Shown in pieces: positions 7,342-16,737 of a DNA stretch of 64,000 nt. The notes under the pieces were generated by a model. It was given only the letters and a program-made list of their open reading frames with translations, did not search any database and had not been told where the DNA came from. The stretch is from an uncultured bacterium (GTDB lineage: Bacteria; Zixibacteria; MSB-5A5; CAIYYT01), in the NCBI GenBank assembly GCA_963726455.1, contig CAVSCK010000002.1, positions 61,383-125,382 of the forward strand, written 5' to 3'. Every line of letters begins with the position of its first letter. The first letter of the stretch is position 1. A program made the translations under genes and the position numbers.

Positions 7342-9158
7342 AAATACCTCTTGATCGAAATTGAGAACAAATCGTACTCCTGATTTCGCTGATTCTGATA
7401 GTCCTGAACTCGTCGTTCCAGTTTGCAGTTGATCTGAGATGAGTTGGTCAAATTCCACTGGAAGTCGAATCCGATCAGGACTCTGGTAAACTCCTCCGAC
7501 AGTTGGCGTCTTCCCAGTGTGATATGAGCATCAAACAGGTGATCGTACGAACGCTGGATTTCGTACACGGCGTACGGCTGAAAACGCATACCGTCGATGG
7601 GACGATAATCGATTCCGATGCGGGGGCGGTGTGTGCGCCTGTCCCAGCTTATTTGCTGTTGCCATTGATCCGTGTAGACCAGCGGGCCGAAGTCCTCGTA
7701 GCGATAGCTGTATTCGACTACGAGGTCCGTGCGGTGCGAGCCGGCGAGCGTAACGGTGCTCGCAAAGTTCGCCCGACGGTAAAGAGTATTCCGTCCGCCG
7801 AGTTCATTCTTCTCATATTCATAGTAAATATAATTGGCATACATCTGGTAGCTCTGTTGCACCACAATTTGAGAATAAGGTTTCCAAATCAGTGACGGAT
7901 TAAATATGTAAACGTTGTTGACATTGTTGTTCGCTGAAAGTTGGCCGGAGATGTAAATGGTGTGAAAACCACGATAGCTTCCCTCGACAAGGCCTGTCAA
8001 AAACTCGTGAAAGCGATGGATATACCGCAACGACGCAACAGTCACCGAGCGGTCTCGATCTGCAAAAAATGTGGAAGAGGTGGGCGCCAGATAAGAGGTC
8101 ACGCCCATTTGCCCGGATAGATCAAGAGTATCCGCACCGAACAGAAGTATGTCAGCCACTAAACCGACCTGGCCGGTTTCGGCCAATTGATTGGTTTGTA
8201 ACTGTCCGAAGTCTTCCTTCGTGCGGTTGAACAGGTACGAGCCCTGCAGTGACAGCCGCTTCCCGAACTGCCGTGACAGAGCCAGTTGATATTCGAATAG
8301 TGACGTGAAGTTGTCGGTCTGTCTTACGAGATCGGTGACCAACGGGTCGTATTCGTAGTTGTAGCCGTCGAATCGATAGGCAGCGTTCGAAGTCAACATG
8401 AATGCCTGCGGAAGCCGGCGACTGGCATGGAAATCCCAGCGTCTTTGTTCTGTCCGCTGGCGGGCGGTAGCATCGAAATTTCCGCTGGAAGGAAAATACT
8501 TCTTTTCGCCAAAGCCCTGCTTTGCTTCGAGAGTAAGCGTATCGCCATCGGCGCCGTTTCTGGCGTACTCATAGTTGAATTCGATATTCCGCTGCGGCGT
8601 ATGGCGGAGCGTAGTGAATCCGCCTTCGACATGGGCGCTGCCGAACTTGAGGTCGTGGCGCGGTGTGATGGATATCTGACTTTGATATCCAAAACCTGAC
8701 TCGCTGTTCGACGCCGGTGCAAACCGCCTTTGTTCCCACACCAAGCCGCTACGCTGCGTGAAGCTGACGTGACTCTTCTGGACGCCCGTGATCAGGTACG
8801 CGCGCGTTGCAATCAGTCGCTTCGTTTCCAGGCGGTCAAAGTCCTGTCCAAATTCCATACCGGTGACGATTGCCGGACTAACGTGATATCTCAGTGCCGC
8901 CACCGTGCGCGCGGATTTCTGCCAGCGATCGCCGCCGGCGCCGAATACGGATTTTCGAATCAGAGTCGCCAGGGAACGATTCTGCACCGAGAAATCCAGA
9001 GATTTGCCGAGGCTTCGTGCGAAGGATGCCGAGTCAGACCAGTTGTAAGTCTGACGGTCAAGCGAGAAATCGAGATTGAGACTAAGAGCGAAGAGAGAAC
9101 TGCCGGAAAGGAAGTGTGCGGACGCGACGATGACTAAGGCGAATCGCAAAAAACGCAT
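7338..9158 (-). CDS. exported, probably outer-membrane beta-barrel protein of unknown function
   Basis: Signal peptide from ATG 9158 (MRFLRFALV...ALS); alternating aromatic/hydrophilic strands; ends FSISIKRYL. Confidence 0.75.
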   Translation of the reverse strand: MRFLRFALVIVASAHFLSGSSLFALSLNLDFSLDRQTYNWSDSASFARSLGKSLDFSVQNRSLATLIRKSVFGAGGDRWQKSARTVAALRYHVSPAIVTGMEFGQDFDRLETKRLIATRAYLITGVQKSHVSFTQRSGLVWEQRRFAPASNSESGFGYQSQISITPRHDLKFGSAHVEGGFTTLRHTPQRNIEFNYEYARNGADGDTLTLEAKQGFGEKKYFPSSGNFDATARQRTEQRRWDFHASRRLPQAFMLTSNAAYRFDGYNYEYDPLVTDLVRQTDNFTSLFEYQLALSRQFGKRLSLQGSYLFNRTKEDFGQLQTNQLAETGQVGLVADILLFGADTLDLSGQMGVTSYLAPTSSTFFADRDRSVTVASLRYIHRFHEFLTGLVEGSYRGFHTIYISGQLSANNNVNNVYIFNPSLIWKPYSQIVVQQSYQMYANYIYYEYEKNELGGRNTLYRRANFASTVTLAGSHRTDLVVEYSYRYEDFGPLVYTDQWQQQISWDRRTHRPRIGIDYRPIDGMRFQPYAVYEIQRSYDHLFDAHITLGRRQLSEEFTRVLIGFDFQWNLTNSSQINCKLERRVQDYQNQRNQEYDLFSISIKRYL

Positions 9159-9943
9159 TTGAGCTTTCTCATCAGGGCGACAAAATCCGTAACAGCCAAT
9201 TGCTCCGGCCGTATTGCAGGTGTCAACGCCAGCGAGGTAAGCAGATCGACTGCTGCTTGCTGATCTAACCTGTACTCCTCCCGCAAAATACGAACAATCG
9301 TCTTGCGGCGCCACCGGAAACAGGCGGAGGTGAGACGTCGCAGATCAGCGTACTCGGAGTCGACTATGTGTGGTTGCGGCAAACGCTCAAGGCGGATTAC
9401 GGCTGAATCGACCTTCGGTTTTGGGAAGAAAGATCCCGGGCGCAGGGTGAAGACTCGTTTCACGTTGAAGAATAACTGAACAAAGATGGTGAGAGATCCA
9501 AAATCCTTCCCGCCAGGATTCGCTGCCAGACGTTGTCCGACTTCCTTTTGAACCATCAACACGACCAGCGGAAAAGTGCTCCGGTGCTCAACTATCCATT
9601 CAATTATCGGCGAGGTCAGGTTGTAGGGAATATTGCCGACGAGTTTGGCCTCGGTGGCTGGAGATATGGCATCGGCGGGCCGGATATCCAGAATGCTGTC
9701 ATGCAAGACCCGGAGATTTGTGGCGTCTCTGAATCTTGATCTGAGTCCTTCCACGAGGGCATTGTCCAATTCGACTGCCATGACTTGGGCCCCGCTGTCG
9801 ACGAGATGGCAGGTCAGATCGCCTCGGCCGCCGCCGATTTCCAGCGCAGTATCGCCCGGCCGTAACTCCAGACAAGACGCAATGCGCCTGGCGGCGTTCT
9901 GATTGATCAGAAAATTCTGGCCCAGACTCTTCTTGGGTCTCAT
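9134..9943 (-). CDS. rsmA: 16S rRNA m6,6A dimethyltransferase KsgA
   Basis: KKSLGQNFL, LEIGGGRG, VGNIPYNLTSPI, MVQKEV, FFPKPKVDSAV. Confidence 0.97.
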   Translation of the reverse strand: MRPKKSLGQNFLINQNAARRIASCLELRPGDTALEIGGGRGDLTCHLVDSGAQVMAVELDNALVEGLRSRFRDATNLRVLHDSILDIRPADAISPATEAKLVGNIPYNLTSPIIEWIVEHRSTFPLVVLMVQKEVGQRLAANPGGKDFGSLTIFVQLFFNVKRVFTLRPGSFFPKPKVDSAVIRLERLPQPHIVDSEYADLRRLTSACFRWRRKTIVRILREEYRLDQQAAVDLLTSLALTPAIRPEQLAVTDFVALMRKLKCVFCDSP

Positions 9944-10701
9944 TCGAATTCAAAGAAGGCGGTGGCGTTGCGGTCTACGATTGACTCGATCTCTTCGAAA
10001 TCACGATTAAGAGTCGTTGCGAGCTTTTCATAGGCAAGTCGAATAAGGGCCGGTTCGTTGCGTGTGCCCCGGTGCGGATGCGGCGCCAGAAAGGGGGCAT
10101 CAGTTTCGAGCATAATCTGTTCGAGGGGCAATTCCTTAATGATGTCCGGCAAACGCGAATTGGTAAAAGTGAGCACGCCGCCGACGCTCAAATGGAAACC
10201 GTAGTCTATGGCTCGCATCGCTTCCTGTCGATTCCCGGAAAAACAGTGTAGTACGACGTTGGTCTGATACGCTTTTTCGTTGGCAAGAATGTCGAGCGCC
10301 TCGTCGTATGCATTGCGAATATGAACTACCAACGGCAATCCCAGTTCCTTGGCGAGTGCAATCTGGCGCACAAATGCCACGCGTTGCTGGTCTCGTGGTG
10401 AGCGATCGCGGAAGAAATCCAAACCGACTTCACCGATGGCGACTACTTTGTGATTATTCGCATATTCGCGCAGTTTCCGCTCGGCATTGTCATCGTATTG
10501 TGACGCGTCGTGGGGGTGGATGCCGACGGCGGCAAAGATCTGGTCATAACGCGATGCCAGATCGACGGAGTTATCAGACGACTTGAGATCACAGCCGATA
10601 TTAACGATGCGGGTTACACCGGCCTGAGTGGCACGCGCGATCACTTCCTCGCGGTCGTCGTTGTAATCGGGGAAGTCGAGATGCGCGTGTGTGTCGATCA
10701 T
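9940..10701 (-). CDS. tatD: TatD family nuclease
   Basis: IDTHAHLD, GIHPH, AIGEVGLD, VLHCFSG, ETDAPFLAP. Confidence 0.96.
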   Translation of the reverse strand: MIDTHAHLDFPDYNDDREEVIARATQAGVTRIVNIGCDLKSSDNSVDLASRYDQIFAAVGIHPHDASQYDDNAERKLREYANNHKVVAIGEVGLDFFRDRSPRDQQRVAFVRQIALAKELGLPLVVHIRNAYDEALDILANEKAYQTNVVLHCFSGNRQEAMRAIDYGFHLSVGGVLTFTNSRLPDIIKELPLEQIMLETDAPFLAPHPHRGTRNEPALIRLAYEKLATTLNRDFEEIESIVDRNATAFFEFE

Positions 10702-10703
10702 TG

Positions 10704-12623
10704 TCAGCTGATCGTGGCGCCGGGAGGCAAATCCTTGTCGACGGTCAGAACGGCGAGCTGTTTGCCTGATTTGGCCGCCAGCAACATGCCGTTCGAATCG
10801 TTGCCGCGTATCTTGGTCGGTTTGAGGTTGGCGACGACGATTATTTTCTTGCCGACCATCTCTTCAGGGGCATAGAACTCGGCGATACCGGCGACAATCT
10901 GACGCTTCTCTTCGCCCAGCGAAATCTGCAGCTTGAGCAGTTTCGTTGCGTCCGCAATCCGCTCGCAGGCGAGGACTTCCGCGACCCGAAGTTTGACCTT
11001 GCCAAAATCGTCGATGGTGATAATGCCATCTTCGGTTACGGCGGCTGCTGTGACAGAGGGAACGGCAGGATTGGCCGGAATCTGCAGGCGCGGAAAGACA
11101 TTTTCACCGGCCACAAGCTGCGTTCCCGGTTTGAGCAGATTGGGTTTCTCGATATCCGTGATGATCGGACTGTACCCCTTGGGGAATCCGAGCATGCCAA
11201 GCACCTGCTCCGACTTTTCGGGCATAATCGGCCAGGTAAGTGATGCGGCGATGCGCACCGTTTCCAGCGATCGGTGCAGCACGGTTCCGAGCAGCGCAGT
11301 CTGGCCTTTCTTGCCGAGTTCCCAGGGCTTGTTGTAGTCGAAATAGCGATTTGCACAGCGGATCAGATTCCAGATCGTCTCGACGGCGCCAAGCACGTCA
11401 ATGTTACGGATCAGTTCAATTGCCTTGCCTGGTGTGGCGGCGAGCGCCTCGCGCAGATCGGCGCTGTGATCGTCCACCGATTCATCGAGAGGAGGTACCT
11501 TGCCATCGAAATTCGTGAAGGTCAGCTTCATGACACGGCTGACCAGGTTGCCGTAATCATTGGCGAGATCGGAATTGTATTTCTCGTACAGCCGCCGGTA
11601 GTTGATGTCGCCATCCTGATGGAACGGAAATTGTGACGTCAACAGATAGCGGGCGCCATCTCTGCCGAAATCATGAATGAGACGTTCATTGGCGATAGCG
11701 TTACCAAGCGACTTGCTGATTTTCTGGCCATCCAGACTGATATAGCCGTGAATGAATAAGATGTCAGGAATGCGCAGCCCGGCCGCCAACAGGATCGCCG
11801 GCCAATACACGGCGTGGAATTTGAGAATGTCCTTTGCCATGAGATGGACGATCTGCGATTTGTTCCACCACTTGTCGAATTCGGCAGGGTTGTCCTCGAA
11901 GCCGATTGCGGTGATATAATTCGGCAGCGCATCAACCCAGACATAGGTCTTCTGCGTCGGGTCAAAAGGAAGATCGATCCCCCAGTTAACCCGTTCGCGC
12001 GAAATCGAGAAGTCGTCGAGCTTCTGTTTGATGAGACCCAACACTTCGTTGCGGCGGCCTTCGGGCATGATGCGGAGACGGCCATCCTGTATCATCTTCT
12101 CCACCTGATCTAGATAGGCCGACAGGCGGAAGAAGTAGTTGGTTTCGCTCACCGCTTTGGGTTTGGTCAGGTGCACCGGACACAGCCCGTCGACAAGTTC
12201 TTTCTCCGTGATGAACTTTTCGCAACCGGTGCAATAGAGGCCTTCATATTTGCCCTTGTAAATAACCGGCTCGCCGGCGGGAGTTTTGGCGTTGTACAGT
12301 ATCGTCAGCAGCTTCTGCACGCCCTTCTTGTGCTTCTCGGAGGTCGTGCGGATGAAAAAGTCGTTGGAGATGCCGAGCGATTTGAAAGTCTCCACGAACA
12401 GCTTGTGATTGTCGTCCACCAACTGTTGTGGCGTCTTTCCGGCGGCGGCAGCAGCTTCTTCGAGTTTGCTGCCATGTTCGTCCATCCCGGTCAAGAAGAA
12501 AGTCTCTTCACCGGCAAGTTCGTGAAAGCGTGCCAAAATGTCGGCCGTAATCGTGGTGTAGCCGTGACCGATGTGGAGGCGGTCGTTGGCATAGTAAATC
12601 GGAGTGGTGATGTAAAAATTCAT
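10704..12623 (-). CDS. metG: methionine--tRNA ligase with C-terminal tRNA-binding domain
   Basis: YITTPIYY, HIGH, YVWVDAL, KISKSLGN; C-terminal OB-fold NLKPTKIRGNDSNGMLL. Confidence 0.98.
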   Translation of the reverse strand: MNFYITTPIYYANDRLHIGHGYTTITADILARFHELAGEETFFLTGMDEHGSKLEEAAAAAGKTPQQLVDDNHKLFVETFKSLGISNDFFIRTTSEKHKKGVQKLLTILYNAKTPAGEPVIYKGKYEGLYCTGCEKFITEKELVDGLCPVHLTKPKAVSETNYFFRLSAYLDQVEKMIQDGRLRIMPEGRRNEVLGLIKQKLDDFSISRERVNWGIDLPFDPTQKTYVWVDALPNYITAIGFEDNPAEFDKWWNKSQIVHLMAKDILKFHAVYWPAILLAAGLRIPDILFIHGYISLDGQKISKSLGNAIANERLIHDFGRDGARYLLTSQFPFHQDGDINYRRLYEKYNSDLANDYGNLVSRVMKLTFTNFDGKVPPLDESVDDHSADLREALAATPGKAIELIRNIDVLGAVETIWNLIRCANRYFDYNKPWELGKKGQTALLGTVLHRSLETVRIAASLTWPIMPEKSEQVLGMLGFPKGYSPIITDIEKPNLLKPGTQLVAGENVFPRLQIPANPAVPSVTAAAVTEDGIITIDDFGKVKLRVAEVLACERIADATKLLKLQISLGEEKRQIVAGIAEFYAPEEMVGKKIIVVANLKPTKIRGNDSNGMLLAAKSGKQLAVLTVDKDLPPGATIS

Positions 12624-12630
12624 TCTGTAA

Positions 12631-13482
12631 CTAGTTCCGTATTTTGGGGCCGGCAGCAGCGAGCCGTTTTCGTTCCATCAGGTTGTAATCTTTCCAGGCC
12701 AGTTTTTCGTAACCACCGTCCTCATAGCGCAGTGTCATCGACTGATGGAAGACGTTGATTGCCTCGACCACAGCCGGGCCGAGTTTGCCATAAATCGTTG
12801 AACCGACTTCGGGAAATTTTCTGGCCGCTTCGGCGTAATGAGTCTGCTCGTACAGCAGACAGCATAATAGTCTGCCGCAGTTGCCGGAAATCTTGGCCGG
12901 GTTAAGCGACAAATTCTGATCGCGCGCCAGTTGCGTGGATATCGGCTCGAATTCGCGAATAAAGGAATTGCAGCACTGAATCAGTCCGCAGATTCCAAAT
13001 CCGCCAAGCCGCCGTGCTTCATCGCGTACGCCGATTTGCCGCAACTCGATGCGCGTGCGATAAACCGCCGCGAGATCCTTGACCAGGGCGCGGAAGTCCA
13101 CGCGCTCATCGGCGGTAAAATAGAAAGTCATCTTATTGCAGTCGAATTGATATTCGACGTCAACGAGTTTCATGTCCAGACCGTGCTGACTGATCAAGTC
13201 TTTGCACTGGTCGTAAGACTGCGTTTCCATTTCGCGGTTCTTCGCCAGTTTCTCGTGATCGTCGTAGATCGCCTGGCGGAGAATCGACTTGAGCTTCGGC
13301 GGGCGCGGGCCGATATCGGCGCTCGGCTGAATTATGTTGTGGACAAAGCCCATGTCTTCGCCGCGTTCGGCCTGGACAATGACCCATTCCTTATTGTGCA
13401 GATCGAGCGAAAACGTGTTTTCGTAGTAATCGCGGCGTGACGCCTTAAACTCGATTTCGTATATGAGTTCCGAGAGTTCCAT
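12631..13482 (-). CDS. ricT: PSP1-domain protein (YaaT/RicT family)
   Basis: FYFTADERVDFRALVKDLA, RIELRQIGVRDEAR, GICG...CC, KISGNCGRLLCCL. Confidence 0.92.
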   Translation of the reverse strand: MELSELIYEIEFKASRRDYYENTFSLDLHNKEWVIVQAERGEDMGFVHNIIQPSADIGPRPPKLKSILRQAIYDDHEKLAKNREMETQSYDQCKDLISQHGLDMKLVDVEYQFDCNKMTFYFTADERVDFRALVKDLAAVYRTRIELRQIGVRDEARRLGGFGICGLIQCCNSFIREFEPISTQLARDQNLSLNPAKISGNCGRLLCCLLYEQTHYAEAARKFPEVGSTIYGKLGPAVVEAINVFHQSMTLRYEDGGYEKLAWKDYNLMERKRLAAAGPKIRN

Positions 13483-13643
13483 TCAATACTCCAAGGCCGT
13501 GGGAAATAGAATCGGCCTCAAGGAACTTAATTAACCCGTTCGTCAGGCCAGTGTCAAGGAATCTCTCCCGGAGCCGGTTGGGGGCTGTGTGCCTCGGATA
13601 GGGCGGAAGTTGTTACTGTGCAAGCGGGTAACGGCCCAAATGG

Positions 13644-15926
13644 CTAGAAATCGAAGGCGACGCCGGCGACGGGGAGTAGCTGCCATTGATAGAGCGGCTG
13701 AATCGACGTTGTCTTGCTGTCCCAATAGTACTGGTAGACGTTCTTGCGATCGTAAACATTCATGACGTCCAGATAGATTGACATACGTCCGAAGCTGAAC
13801 TGCCGGTCGTAGGTGAGTTTGGCATCAAGGCGATTGTAGGGGGCGTAATGTGCCTGATTGAGACGGCGATAATCGAGATAGGTGTAATTGGCGGTGCGCG
13901 AAATCGGTTCGTTAATCGGCGTGTAAGGCCGCCCGCCGTTCGCAGCGAAACGAAGCGCCAGAGACCAGTGTGCCAGCGGGTGAAGATCGGTCGCAAAGTT
14001 CAGACTGTAGTCCGTGTCGAAGTCTCCGTCAATTTCCCGACCTTTGCCGTTGTTGTAGCGGGACGTGAGCAGGGCGCCGCCGGCAGCGAAATTCAGGGCA
14101 GTGCCGAAAGTTTTTTCGATTGTCAGCTCGAGTCCCTGGCTGAATCCGTGGCCGCAGAGTTCGATTCTCCGCATTTCATAGAACTTGTAGTCGGTGGCAA
14201 AGTCGACCATCGGCCGGGTTGGCCAAATGGTGGTCACAGGGTAATTGGGATAGTTTTTGCGGTAACCGGTCAGCGTGAGCCGCAGGCCGGTGGGAAGAGT
14301 GCTGGTGGCGCCGACGGCATAGTGCGTGGCGCGAATATAGTCGAGAGTGCGATTCTGTTTGTCGGAAGTCTGCCAGATCAGGGGCGCCGTCTGGCCGAAT
14401 TCGCCTGCCGATGCAAAGAATGTCAGCGCCGGTGATACGGCGTAGCTGGCACTTAACCGTGGTGAAAACAGGGAGGCGTTGGCCAGGTCCTGAAAATCAT
14501 GGCGCGCTCCGACGGTTATTTTCAGTGCCTTCAGGACCGAGGCGGAAAGCTCGAGGTATTCGCTGAATTCCTGAATTGAAAGCTCTTCCACCTGCCGAAT
14601 CCACTTCTGATTGATGCCGAATTCATCGCGGAAGTTCGCCAGACTCATGGGGTAATCGGCGTGCGTGGCCCGGTAAGAGCCGCCGAGGTTAAGCTGTATG
14701 TGCTCAGAGTACAGGCTGGTGAGATCGAAGGTCAAGCGGTGAAAACGCTCATAGGATTGGTTTATGTAATTTGCCGTGTGATTATCGAAGTCGCCTTTCA
14801 TGTCATAGCGCGTATAATTTAGCGCGTATCCGGTCTCAATAAGTGTGTTGGGCGACAAGAGAGACGTCCATCGTACACCTGAGAGTACCTGATCCTGTTG
14901 AAACGCAAATCTGCCGTTGGCATATCCCCACACGCCAGGAGGTAATTCGAATCGATCGGAGCCGGCGAGCGAAAAGAGCGTGATGCTTTGCGACGGCGAT
15001 ATTCGATACCCGGTCTTGATTGAGGCGTCGGCGTATTGCGGAACTGCCGGAGCATTAAGGCGCGACTTCAGTAAGTCCAGATAGCTTTTCCGAGCATGAG
15101 CCAGCAGGTAGAGCGGCTTGGTTTTCGAACCCCATCGGACGTTGCCGCTTACTCCCGACAGATCGAGACTGGCTCCACCGCCGGTATTGATCTCCTCTCT
15201 TCCCAGCAGATCTATTTCCGCGAGACCCGATAGGCGATTCGGATATTTTACTGAGAAGTTGTTGCCCGCAAGACGAATCGCGCCCACCTGATCAGACACC
15301 AACATGCTGAACGGTCCACCCGTCGAGCCCTGGCTGCCGAAGTGGTTGATATTCGCCGTCTCGAAACCTTCGACAATCACCACGGTTTCGGTAGGATTGC
15401 CGCCGCGAATAACGAGATCATTTCGAAAATCGTTGGGAATTGACACGCTGGGACTCTGCTGCAGGAAACGAAATGGATCGTTGAGACTGCCCGATGCAGC
15501 GAGAAGCTGTTTGCGTTCGAAGTTCTGCACATTGTCGGCGGCGGCCTCGCGATGTGTATCGCGCTCCGACATCACGACTATGCCGTCGACAATCTTCGGC
15601 TGTACGGTGAGGAAGACGGTGTCAATCGCGTTATCTGAATCAGAGCCGGCCTTTGCCAGCGATATAGCCCGGTCAGCGTAGCCGACGAGCGACAGGCGCA
15701 ATTTTGAAGGGCAGTTGTCGTAGCAAAGAAATTCGTAGCGGCCGGATTCATCAGAGACCGCAACGATGTCGCCAGATTGTGTCCGTATGTAAACATTCGC
15801 CAGGGGAGCTTTGGCCTCAGCCGAACAGACTACGCCACGCCACCGAGTGGATTCCCGGGCATTCAGTGTTGGCGAAGCGAACGCCAGAACGATAACGAAG
15901 AAACTAAGGACTTTGCCGTATTGCAT
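13644..15926 (-). CDS. TonB-dependent receptor with CarboxypepD_reg-like N-terminal domain
   Basis: Signal peptide from ATG 15926; plug motif IRGGNP..E...+EG...NINHF; FSPRLSASY; terminal AFDF. Confidence 0.9.
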   Translation of the reverse strand: MQYGKVLSFFVIVLAFASPTLNARESTRWRGVVCSAEAKAPLANVYIRTQSGDIVAVSDESGRYEFLCYDNCPSKLRLSLVGYADRAISLAKAGSDSDNAIDTVFLTVQPKIVDGIVVMSERDTHREAAADNVQNFERKQLLAASGSLNDPFRFLQQSPSVSIPNDFRNDLVIRGGNPTETVVIVEGFETANINHFGSQGSTGGPFSMLVSDQVGAIRLAGNNFSVKYPNRLSGLAEIDLLGREEINTGGGASLDLSGVSGNVRWGSKTKPLYLLAHARKSYLDLLKSRLNAPAVPQYADASIKTGYRISPSQSITLFSLAGSDRFELPPGVWGYANGRFAFQQDQVLSGVRWTSLLSPNTLIETGYALNYTRYDMKGDFDNHTANYINQSYERFHRLTFDLTSLYSEHIQLNLGGSYRATHADYPMSLANFRDEFGINQKWIRQVEELSIQEFSEYLELSASVLKALKITVGARHDFQDLANASLFSPRLSASYAVSPALTFFASAGEFGQTAPLIWQTSDKQNRTLDYIRATHYAVGATSTLPTGLRLTLTGYRKNYPNYPVTTIWPTRPMVDFATDYKFYEMRRIELCGHGFSQGLELTIEKTFGTALNFAAGGALLTSRYNNGKGREIDGDFDTDYSLNFATDLHPLAHWSLALRFAANGGRPYTPINEPISRTANYTYLDYRRLNQAHYAPYNRLDAKLTYDRQFSFGRMSIYLDVMNVYDRKNVYQYYWDSKTTSIQPLYQWQLLPVAGVAFDF

Positions 15927-16151
15927 TAACTGAGTTCTCCGGGAGTTGCGAATTCCGCTGCAAGACAGATTATTTCTGGAATTGGAATCTATGCTCAATG
16001 TAATCCCTAATCGCCTTTATTGTCAATAAAACTTCGAACAAGAATGATCGTGATTTTGTGAACTTGCCGGGAACACTTTCGCCATCATAAATGTTCATTC
16101 ATGATGAAGGATGATATACGGTTGCCGACAATTGTTAAGGAAGTGACGTTA

Positions 16152-16352
16152 ATGAGACGATTTTTGTTTATCGGTATTCCAACCATTCTGTTTGCCTCAG
16201 CAGGTTACCTCTATTATCATTATATCGGCTGTAGCAACGGAACGTGCACTATCGCGTCGTCCCCATTTTGGTCAACGGCGTTTGGAGCTTTGATCGGCGC
16301 CTCAGTCGGATTTACTCTCTCTGATCGGAAGGACAAAGATGCCAATCTATGA
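16152..16352 (+). CDS. small membrane protein with C-x4-C motif (DUF6132-like)
   Basis: YLYYHYIGCSNGTCTIASSP between two hydrophobic segments; RBS AAGGA. Confidence 0.75.
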   Translation: MRRFLFIGIPTILFASAGYLYYHYIGCSNGTCTIASSPFWSTAFGALIGASVGFTLSDRKDKDANL

Positions 16353-16539
16353 ATATTCATGCGAAGCGTGCGGCAAAGAGTTTGAATTGCTGTTGGCGCG
16401 AGAGAAACTAGCAGATCAACAGAAGTGCCCCCACTGTTCCTCCGACCAATTAGTCCGGAAGTTTTCCGCATTCGCCAGTCCGGCAGGGTCGGGTGCAGCC
16501 AGCGCGCCTGCCCGACACAGTTGCGGCAAGTTTACCTGA
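16339..16539 (+). CDS. FmdB-family zinc ribbon protein
   Basis: MPIYEYSCEACGKEFE...CPHCSS...RKFSAF. Confidence 0.9.
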   Translation: MPIYEYSCEACGKEFELLLAREKLADQQKCPHCSSDQLVRKFSAFASPAGSGAASAPARHSCGKFT

Positions 16540-16737
16540 GGTTAGTCTGATCTTTCAGGCGGTCGCCTGAATCGTAACGTCAATCAGCAGTCAATACTAA
16601 ATTTGTCGGGGTAGACTAACGGCATGAGTCTGTCCGAACAAGAGATGGCTTCGTCGCTCCCAACTCACCGCACGACTCACCATTCTCCTCGCGATGACGT
16701 GTAGTGGGTGTTCGGATATTTCGTAATAGAAAGGATC

